A stretch of 64,000 nucleotides of DNA, taken from the NCBI GenBank assembly GCA_021786315.1, contig JAJYNN010000003.1:3360-67359 (forward strand), written 5' to 3'. The notes under the pieces are model-generated. The model made no database searches and was not told the origin of the DNA. It saw only the letters and a program-made list of their open reading frames with translations. Source of the stretch: a bacterium (GTDB taxonomy: Bacteria; Patescibacteriota; Microgenomatia; Daviesbacterales; UBA10151). The position numbers were made by a program, and so were the translations under genes. Position 1 is the first letter of the stretch. Each line of letters starts with the position of its first letter. Shown here piece by piece: positions 57,516-64,000 of the stretch.

Positions 57516-59912
57516 TTATCCCTTTTTCTCCGCTTCCACAATTTTGAGAGTTGTTTTAATCACAGTATCCGGATTCAAAGAAATACTTTCAATTCCTTCA
57601 CGGACCAGGAATTGGGCAAACTCCGGATAGTCAGACGGCGCTTGTCCGCAAATGCCGATATACTTTTTCTCCGCCCGGCATTTTTTAATAATGTTGCCGA
57701 TCATTGTCTTTACCGCCTCATCATTTTCATTGCTAATCCCGCGGATCTTTTCATTGCCGTCCCTATCCAGCCCCAACATTAATTGGGTCAAATCATTACT
57801 GCCAATACTCATCCCGTCAAAGATTTTCAGGAACTCATCCGCCAAAACAATATTGGCCGGAATCTCACACATCACATATATTTTTAGGTCATCTTTTCTT
57901 ACCCCGTTTTTCTCAATTATCTCCACTACTTTTTTGCCCTCTTCCGGAGTCCGGCAAAAAGGAACCATCACACACAGATTAGTTAAGCCCATCTCCTGCC
58001 TGACCTTTTTAATGGCTTCCAGTTCCAAAACAAAAGCCGGGGCAAAATCCGGGTGATAATAACGGGAAGCGCCCCGCCACCCCAGCATTGGATTTTCTTC
58101 TTTCGGCTCATATAATTCTCCCCCGATTAAAGCGCTGTATTCATTGGTCTTAAAATCAGAGAAACGGACAATCACCGGCTTGGGGTAAAAAGCGGCGGCC
58201 ACTTTGGCTATTCCGTAAGCCAACGTATCCACATAATATTGGACTTTATCCGGGTACCCGAAAGTTTTCTCCTGAACCTTTCTTTTGATCCCTTCCGGAA
58301 GTTTGGAAAAATTTAAAATTGCCAAGGGGTGAATGCCGATATCCGAGGCGATAATAAATTCTTCCCGGGCCAACCCCACCCCGTCATTGGGCAAAAACGA
58401 TTTTTCAAAAGCCGTATCGGGGGTGGCGATATTCATCATGACGTGAGTCTTTGGCCGGGGAAAATCTTTGACGTCATGGTTTACAATTTTAAACTTCAAC
58501 AGCCCTTCCAAAACCAACCCTTCACTGCCGGTGGTATCCACGGTGATTTTATCACCGGTCTTGATTTTGCCGCTGGCCCCTTCCGTTCCCACCACACAGG
58601 GAATCCCCAACTCCCGGGAAACAATGGCGGCGTGAGAAGTCCTCCCACCCTTGTCGGTGACAATGGCCGAGGCAATTTTCATAATCGGTTCCCAATCCGG
58701 ATCGGTCATCTCCGTAACCAAAACCTCCCCGGCCTTAAATTCGGAAATCTTTGAAGGGGAAAGGATGACCCGCGCCGTTCCAGAGGCCACCTTATTCCCC
58801 ACCGAAATTCCCCGGGTTACCTCTTTACCGTCCTCTTCCCTGACATACTCGGCAATCTTGGAAAAATCCCGGGTGGAGTGAATCGTCTCCGGACGGGCCT
58901 GGACCAGGAATAATTCCCCTGTCCTCCCGTCTTTGGCCCACTCCATATCCATCGGTGTCCACTTGCCCCGTTTTTTGGAGTAGTGCTTTTCCACCTCCAT
59001 AGCCCATTCAGCCAAACGCAAAGCCTCCAAATCCGAAATTACAAAACTCTCCCTTTCCTTTTCCGAGGTAGAAACAATTTTTGTCGGTTGTTTCTCCCCG
59101 TAAACCATTTTTTGGTTTTTGGCCCCCAATTTTTTATTGATAACCGGGCGGTAAAATTTCCCTTCCTTACTTTTTCCCAAGGTTTCCTTAAACACCAAAA
59201 ATTCATCCGGGGTTACCTCCCCTTGCACAATCATCTCCCCCAACCCCCAAACACCATTAACGACCACAACATTCGGGAAACCGGTCTCGGTATCCAAAGA
59301 AAACATCACCCCGGAGCAACCCAAATCTGACCTCACCATCTTTTGCACCCCCACAGACAAGGCCACCTGGAAATGGTCAAACTTTTTATCAATCCGGTAG
59401 GAAATCGCCCGGGCGGTAAATAGGGAAGCCATTGATTTCCTGACTGCTTCCATTACGTTGTCCGCCCCCCGGATATCCAAAAAGGTCTCGTGTTCGCCGG
59501 CAAAGGAGGCGTCGGGCAAATCTTCGGCGGTGGCCGAAGACCGGCAGGCAAAGTCGGCGTTTTTGCCGTATTTTTTCTCGGCTACTTTATGGGCTTCGGC
59601 AATGGCTTTTTTTAAGTCTTCCGGAAATTCGGTTTTTTTAATGGCAGTTTGAATTTCCAAAGCCACCTTTTCCAGCTCATTGATGTTTTTGGCATTTAAA
59701 TTATCCAGCTTTTTCCTGATCTGTTCCTTTAAGCCGGTCTCTTCCAAAAAATGCCGGTAAGCGGTGGCGGTCACCGCATAACCTCCGGGGATATTCACCC
59801 CTTTAGGGGCCAAGTATTGAAGCATCTCACCCGATGAAGCGTTCTTTCCTCCGACCTCACCCACATCCTCAATTCCCACCTCTTCCAAATGCAGGATGAA
59901 TTTTTTGTCCAT
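57516..59912 (-). CDS. ppsA: phosphoenolpyruvate synthase (pyruvate, water dikinase)
   Basis: N-terminal ATP-grasp (VGGKNASSGEML). Swivel His domain (GGRTSHAAIVSRELGIPCVVG). C-terminal PEP-utilising TIM barrel. 798 aa fits PpsA rather than PPDK. Confidence 0.88.
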   Translation of the reverse strand: MDKKFILHLEEVGIEDVGEVGGKNASSGEMLQYLAPKGVNIPGGYAVTATAYRHFLEETGLKEQIRKKLDNLNAKNINELEKVALEIQTAIKKTEFPEDLKKAIAEAHKVAEKKYGKNADFACRSSATAEDLPDASFAGEHETFLDIRGADNVMEAVRKSMASLFTARAISYRIDKKFDHFQVALSVGVQKMVRSDLGCSGVMFSLDTETGFPNVVVVNGVWGLGEMIVQGEVTPDEFLVFKETLGKSKEGKFYRPVINKKLGAKNQKMVYGEKQPTKIVSTSEKERESFVISDLEALRLAEWAMEVEKHYSKKRGKWTPMDMEWAKDGRTGELFLVQARPETIHSTRDFSKIAEYVREEDGKEVTRGISVGNKVASGTARVILSPSKISEFKAGEVLVTEMTDPDWEPIMKIASAIVTDKGGRTSHAAIVSRELGIPCVVGTEGASGKIKTGDKITVDTTGSEGLVLEGLLKFKIVNHDVKDFPRPKTHVMMNIATPDTAFEKSFLPNDGVGLAREEFIIASDIGIHPLAILNFSKLPEGIKRKVQEKTFGYPDKVQYYVDTLAYGIAKVAAAFYPKPVIVRFSDFKTNEYSALIGGELYEPKEENPMLGWRGASRYYHPDFAPAFVLELEAIKKVRQEMGLTNLCVMVPFCRTPEEGKKVVEIIEKNGVRKDDLKIYVMCEIPANIVLADEFLKIFDGMSIGSNDLTQLMLGLDRDGNEKIRGISNENDEAVKTMIGNIIKKCRAEKKYIGICGQAPSDYPEFAQFLVREGIESISLNPDTVIKTTLKIVEAEKKG

Positions 59913-59989
59913 GTTTCCATAGTAGCATTAATAATTCCTGATGGGTATAATTAAATTACCCATATGGGCACGTTTTTGGAGACATTTCT

Positions 59990-60397
59990 ATGGTCAGAAA
60001 AATTAAGAGCCAATTCAACTTGCTGGAAACAGCGTCGGTTAAATTCACGGAGTGGGTAGGCACTCCATACTCCATTGTTTTGCATACCGTACTTTTTGTA
60101 GGTATTTTTCTCCTGCAGCGTTTCGGTTTCACCACTGACCAAATTCTTCTAATACTGACCACCGCGGTTTCTTTGGAGGCAATATATTTGGCCATCTTTA
60201 TTCAGATGACCGTTAACCGCCATGCAGAAAGTCTGGAAGATATTGAGGAAGATATGGAGGAATTATCGGAAGACATGGATGACGACGAATCGGAAAACAC
60301 CCAAACCGCAAAAACATTGCAAAATATTGAGAAGCAGCTAAAAAAAGTCCGGGAAGACTTGGAGCAGCTCAAGAAAAAAAGGATTAATTTAGGTTAA
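59990..60397 (+). CDS. DUF1003-like membrane protein with acidic coiled-coil tail
   Basis: FTEWVGTPYSIVLHTVLFVGIFLLQ...LLILTTAVSLEAIYLAIFIQMTVNRH matches the two-TM DUF1003 core as I recall it. Confidence 0.55.
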   Translation: MVRKIKSQFNLLETASVKFTEWVGTPYSIVLHTVLFVGIFLLQRFGFTTDQILLILTTAVSLEAIYLAIFIQMTVNRHAESLEDIEEDMEELSEDMDDDESENTQTAKTLQNIEKQLKKVREDLEQLKKKRINLG

Positions 60398-60462
60398 TTA
60401 TTCTTACACACCTCTTGCCTCCACCTCATCAACTGTCTATATCGGTTAGGTATAAACAGGCT

Positions 60463-60945
60463 ATGAACCACGGTCAAATCATCTTCAACCCGCCTCAGAA
60501 TAAACAATCCCAACCGGAGCCGCAAACAAACAACAATGAAGCCCAAAAAATTGAAGAGCTGGTTACCAAAACAGCCCGGGTACTCCTTAAAATCTCCGGA
60601 ATTTTCCCTTTCGACTTTTTCCCGGATGAGCTGGTGATTGATGAAAACAAGGTGAGCATCATCGCAAAAGGCTTGATTGATGAAAGTATTTACAGTATCG
60701 CCATCAAGGATTTGGGGGATGTGTCGGTGGAAACTGTTTTTATTTTCGCCTCTTTGACCATTAGTGACAACCGGATGAACCATCAGGAAATCAAGGTTAA
60801 ATGGCTGGATCCTGATGAAGCCGTCCGGGCCCACAACATGATCCAGGGGCTAATTTTAGGCAGGGAGCAAAAAATAGATTGGGCCAAGATAAGAACAGAG
60901 GAACTGGCCAAAAAAGTGGAGGAACTAGGCAAAGTTAAGGTGTAA
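60463..60945 (+). CDS. hypothetical protein
   Basis: Start placed at MNHGQIIF (ATG 60463). The ORF-track TTG start at 60415 is also possible. No family recognised. Confidence 0.45.
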   Translation: MNHGQIIFNPPQNKQSQPEPQTNNNEAQKIEELVTKTARVLLKISGIFPFDFFPDELVIDENKVSIIAKGLIDESIYSIAIKDLGDVSVETVFIFASLTISDNRMNHQEIKVKWLDPDEAVRAHNMIQGLILGREQKIDWAKIRTEELAKKVEELGKVKV

Positions 60946-60955
60946 AAGGTATAAT

Positions 60956-61861
60956 TTGAGGGTGAAACACCGCTTTTTTATCTTCTCCTTATTCATTTTA
61001 TACATGGTTCTGCTTTCCGCCGAGATGATGTGGCAGGGGATTATTATCTCCCCCACCCGCTATCTTTTTGTCCTTCTTTTGGGAGGACTGCTCGTCAGGC
61101 GGGCCCGGACCTTTATCCTGGATTGGATTCCCTTTGTTTTTGTCCTGGTTTCTTACGATTTTATCCGGGGGCTGGTACCCCGACTGATTTTTGAAATCCA
61201 CTTTACCGAGATGATCCGCTTTGACCAAAGGCTTTTCCATATTTTGCCTACCCAAACCCTACAAGCCAGATTTTTTCACCCGAACACTCTGGCTTGGTAT
61301 GATTATTTCGGAGCTTTTATTTATTTTTTCTATTTCATCCTGCCGGTGGCTTTTGGCTTCCTCCTCTATTTGATCCGCAAAGATTATTTCCGGCAATTTG
61401 TCACCGGTTTTTCCCTGCTTTCCTACGCCGGCTATCTCACTTATATCCTTTATCCGGCAGCCTCCCCCTGGGTCGCGGCGGAAGCCGGGTATATCAGCGG
61501 GGTGCAAAAGGTCTTAGACTTTAGTTTGAAAGCTATCTTTGGCCGGGGTGATGTGGTGAACATCTATCACAGTATGAACCCCAACCCGATTGCTGCCATC
61601 CCCTCTATGCATGCGGCTACCTCCTTTTTGGTTCTTTTGTTTGCCCTGAGGTTTTTTAAGCTTAAGGGTCTGCTGGTTTTGCCCTATGTTTTAAGTTTAT
61701 GGCTTTTTGTGGTCTATTCCGGAGAACATTACGTCACGGATGTTTTGGTAGGCATTATCTACGGTCTTTTTTTCTATGCTTTAAGCGCGCATTTTCTGCA
61801 CCATATCAACTGGCACCATCATTTTAATAAAACCCGCCTCACCCGCTGGTTAAATGCCTAA
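60956..61861 (+). CDS. PAP2-superfamily membrane protein (phosphatase/inositol-phosphoceramide-synthase-like)
   Basis: Polytopic. PSMHAATSF (PSGH-like) and SGEHYVTDV (SRxxxxxHxxxD-like) motifs in the C-terminal third. Confidence 0.55.
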   Translation: MRVKHRFFIFSLFILYMVLLSAEMMWQGIIISPTRYLFVLLLGGLLVRRARTFILDWIPFVFVLVSYDFIRGLVPRLIFEIHFTEMIRFDQRLFHILPTQTLQARFFHPNTLAWYDYFGAFIYFFYFILPVAFGFLLYLIRKDYFRQFVTGFSLLSYAGYLTYILYPAASPWVAAEAGYISGVQKVLDFSLKAIFGRGDVVNIYHSMNPNPIAAIPSMHAATSFLVLLFALRFFKLKGLLVLPYVLSLWLFVVYSGEHYVTDVLVGIIYGLFFYALSAHFLHHINWHHHFNKTRLTRWLNA

Positions 61862-61896
61862 CTGTAAATTTTAAGCTTCCGTCCTATACTGCTCAA

Positions 61897-62904
61897 ATGA
61901 ATATCTTTGGCTCTGGCCAGCCCGATATGTCGGGAACGGAAGCTCCTGAATTTCCGCAGGGTTTAACTTGGTTTAACTCTCCCCCTCTAACCATGAAACA
62001 GCTGCGGGGTAAAGTGGTTTTAATCGATTTTTGGACTTATTCTTGTATCAATTGCCAGAGAACCCTGCCCCATCTCCGCGAGTGGTGGAGCAAGTATAAA
62101 AGCTACGGTTTTATATTAATTGGAGTTCATGATCCCGAGTTTGAATTTGAAAAAGATCCCCAAAATTTAAAAGAGGCAATTAAAAATTATCGGGTTACCT
62201 GGCCGGTAGTTGCTGACAACAACTACCAAACCTGGAATTTATACGGGGTTCATGCCTGGCCCACGGAATTTCTTGTAAACCAGGACGGAACCATTATTTA
62301 TACCCATGTCGGTGAAGGTAATTATCTTCAAACAGAAAGCCAAATTCAGGAAGCTTTAAAAAAAGCCGGTTTTGAGTTGCCGAAAGAAGCAGCCAGTAAA
62401 CTAGCAGAAGAACAGTTTAATTTTATGCAGACTCCTGAACTTTATTTAGGTTACCTTAGGGGAATTTTGGGCAACGAAGAAGGATACCAGAGAGAGCATA
62501 ATTATCTTTATCACGGTGAAAAATACGGCGGCAGCCTGGAACAGAACCTGGTTTATATCAACGGTGTTTGGCTGGCGATGCCGGAATATTTGGAACATGC
62601 CCGAAAGACAAAAGATCTGGAAGATTTTGTTCTTTTAAATTTCCGGGCCAAGAAAGTTTACTTAGTTATGGAATCGGCCACCGGCGAGCCTATTAAAGTT
62701 TATATTAGCCTGGACGAGGCAGGATTAAAAAAAGATTTTGCCGGGTCAGATATTCAATTTGATAAAAAGGGCGAGGCTTTTGTTAACGTCCAATTTTCCA
62801 CCCTCTATAATTTGATCAATACTCCTACCTTTGGTGATCATATCCTCAAGATCTCAACCAGGGAAGAGGGTCTTCGGGTCTTTGCTTTCACCTTCGGAAG
62901 CTAA
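61897..62904 (+). CDS. thioredoxin-fold (redoxin/TlpA-like) protein with extra C-terminal domain
   Basis: VVLIDFWTYSCINCQRTLPHL: WxxxCxxC active site in a redoxin/AhpC-TSA fold. About 180-aa C-terminal extension of unknown function. Confidence 0.7.
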   Translation: MNIFGSGQPDMSGTEAPEFPQGLTWFNSPPLTMKQLRGKVVLIDFWTYSCINCQRTLPHLREWWSKYKSYGFILIGVHDPEFEFEKDPQNLKEAIKNYRVTWPVVADNNYQTWNLYGVHAWPTEFLVNQDGTIIYTHVGEGNYLQTESQIQEALKKAGFELPKEAASKLAEEQFNFMQTPELYLGYLRGILGNEEGYQREHNYLYHGEKYGGSLEQNLVYINGVWLAMPEYLEHARKTKDLEDFVLLNFRAKKVYLVMESATGEPIKVYISLDEAGLKKDFAGSDIQFDKKGEAFVNVQFSTLYNLINTPTFGDHILKISTREEGLRVFAFTFGS

Positions 62905-62913
62905 AGGGGAAAT

Positions 62914-63183
62914 TTAATATCCCAAGGGAGATGACCCGGTAGGCGCAGGCGATGCCGAAGGGGAAGATATTGCTTCACTGGGAACAGGGGTACCGGATAA
63001 TGCTGAGGTGGGTACGGTTCCGGTTACCGGGGGTATTGAACTTCTTTGAGGGGCAATCACAAAATAATAGACCAGGGCATAAAGGATGCCGCCGACAATT
63101 AAGTAAATGACTATCCATTGCCAAAGCGGCCTCTTTCCATATCCGGGCCCATATCCCTTTTTATCATCCTCTGCCATAAGCAT
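62914..63183 (-). CDS. small membrane protein with Ser/Pro-rich tail (89 aa)
   Basis: One TM (WIVIYLIVGGILYALVYYFVI). Low-complexity C-terminus. Confidence 0.4.
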   Translation of the reverse strand: MLMAEDDKKGYGPGYGKRPLWQWIVIYLIVGGILYALVYYFVIAPQRSSIPPVTGTVPTSALSGTPVPSEAISSPSASPAPTGSSPLGY

Positions 63184-63232
63184 ATTGTATAATGGATTCT
63201 GCTGCTAAACTGTAAGATAGAATACAAGAAAA

Positions 63233-63844
63233 ATGACTACCGATCAGAAAAAAGAGGCCTTAAAAAACCTGAAAGCGGAAATGGAAGCAGATAAAAGCCT
63301 ACCGCTGCGTGACCAGGCCACCCAATTAGTTTTTGGAGAAGGCAACCCGGATACTAAAATCTATTTCTTAGGGGAAGCACCGGGATTCTACGAAGATCGG
63401 GAAGGCCGCCCGTTTATCGGCCAGGCAGGGAAACTCCTCAGCCAGCTGATCGAAAGCATTGGCTTCAAACGTGAGGATGTCTATATCTCCAACGTAGTCC
63501 GCTTCCGTCCGCCGGAAAACCGGGATCCCGAACCGGAAGAGCTGGCCACCTTTGCTCCCTATGTCGACCGGGAAATTGAAATTATCGACCCTAAATTATT
63601 TGTCACTTTGGGAAGGTTTTCCATGGGGAAGTTCCTCCCTGGAGCCAAGATTTCCCAAGTCCACGGCAAAATCCAGCGCGTCAGGTGGAGAGGCAAAGAA
63701 ATTACCGTTGTCCCGATGTACCACCCGGCAGCGGCACTCCGGAACGGTGCCGTGATGCAACAGCTTAAGGAAGATTTTAAGGTTATCCCCCAAGCTTTAG
63801 CGGAGGTAGATAAACCAAAAACTGAACAGCTCACTTTGGTTTAA
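63233..63844 (+). CDS. uracil-DNA glycosylase, family 4
   Basis: IYFLGEAPGFYEDREGRPFIGQAGKLL matches the family-4 UDG motif GEAPGxxEDxxGxPFxGxAGxLL. Confidence 0.88.
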   Translation: MTTDQKKEALKNLKAEMEADKSLPLRDQATQLVFGEGNPDTKIYFLGEAPGFYEDREGRPFIGQAGKLLSQLIESIGFKREDVYISNVVRFRPPENRDPEPEELATFAPYVDREIEIIDPKLFVTLGRFSMGKFLPGAKISQVHGKIQRVRWRGKEITVVPMYHPAAALRNGAVMQQLKEDFKVIPQALAEVDKPKTEQLTLV

Positions 63845-63944
63845 TCCGCTGGATCATCTCTTGCCGGAGTCTTACTCCGTTTTTACTGGATACTTGTTTT
63901 TTCCCACTATGATAGGGAACGGCCTTCAAGGCAAGAAGACTTCT

Positions 63945-64000
63945 ATGACTAAGCTAAAAATTGCCCAACTGGCTCCGATTATTGAAAGGGTTCCCCCAAA
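63945..64000 (+). CDS. start of a probable GT4-family glycosyltransferase (runs off window end)
   Basis: MTKLKIAQLAPIIERVPP resembles the N-terminus of many GT4 glycosyltransferases (M.IAQ.AP..E.VPP). Only 18 codons are visible. Confidence 0.35.
   Translation, partial: MTKLKIAQLAPIIERVPP

Noticed and set aside
1-64000. rRNA, RNase P RNA, tmRNA, SRP RNA, transposases, integrases, phage structural genes
   Set aside because: I looked for conserved tRNA-like ends, RNase P P4 motifs, SRP domain IV motifs, DDE/tyrosine recombinase signatures and long non-coding stretches. None were found. The only gaps longer than 300 bp are the leader at 12700-13140 and the repeat-rich regions at 34775-35208 and 47356-47802.

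Overview
The window is gene-dense and mostly housekeeping, probably from a small-genome bacterium. That origin is an inference from short housekeeping proteins, a split secD/secF operon, an archaeal/eukaryotic-type class II Asp/AsnRS and a DUF5679-like mini zinc-ribbon gene. Nearly all genes are confident by motif. They include a two-component cluster, murA, gltX, a PBP5-type carboxypeptidase, a DAHP/KDO8P-synthase family gene, relA/spoT, recJ, cca, secD/secF, comM, miaA, HU, RNase Y, recA, recX and a ppsA-eno-gpm glycolytic cluster. The one RNA gene is tRNA-Pro(GGG) at 46427-46501. There is no CRISPR array, rRNA, transposase or integrase. Things that stand out: (1) An AT-rich accessory island at roughly 48.97-53.98 kb holds a 1182-aa SF1 helicase fused to a C-terminal Vsr/DUF559-like endonuclease (a Hhe-like single-gene defence candidate), an Excalibur-domain membrane protein, and a 167-aa Cys-rich gene flanked by ~80% identical 60-bp direct repeats of the recD-like gene 3' end. 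(2) A two-gene operon pairs an atypical ParB/Srx-fold protein with a 452-aa unknown protein that may carry a PD-(D/E)XK signature. (3) Unknown genes sit inside two otherwise conserved operons, secD-X-Y-secF and recA-X-recX, the first with tandem 33-bp palindrome-containing repeats in its promoter. (4) A 440-bp structured leader between the DAHP-synthase gene and relA carries near-identical CCTCCC/GGGAGG intrinsic terminators on each strand, each placed just before an RBS, plus an aromatic-rich leader ORF (attenuator candidate). (5) Several dispersed intergenic repeat families are present, including a 37-bp element shared by the recA and trpR-like upstream regions. All calls rest on reading the translations and DNA by eye; no database search was run.
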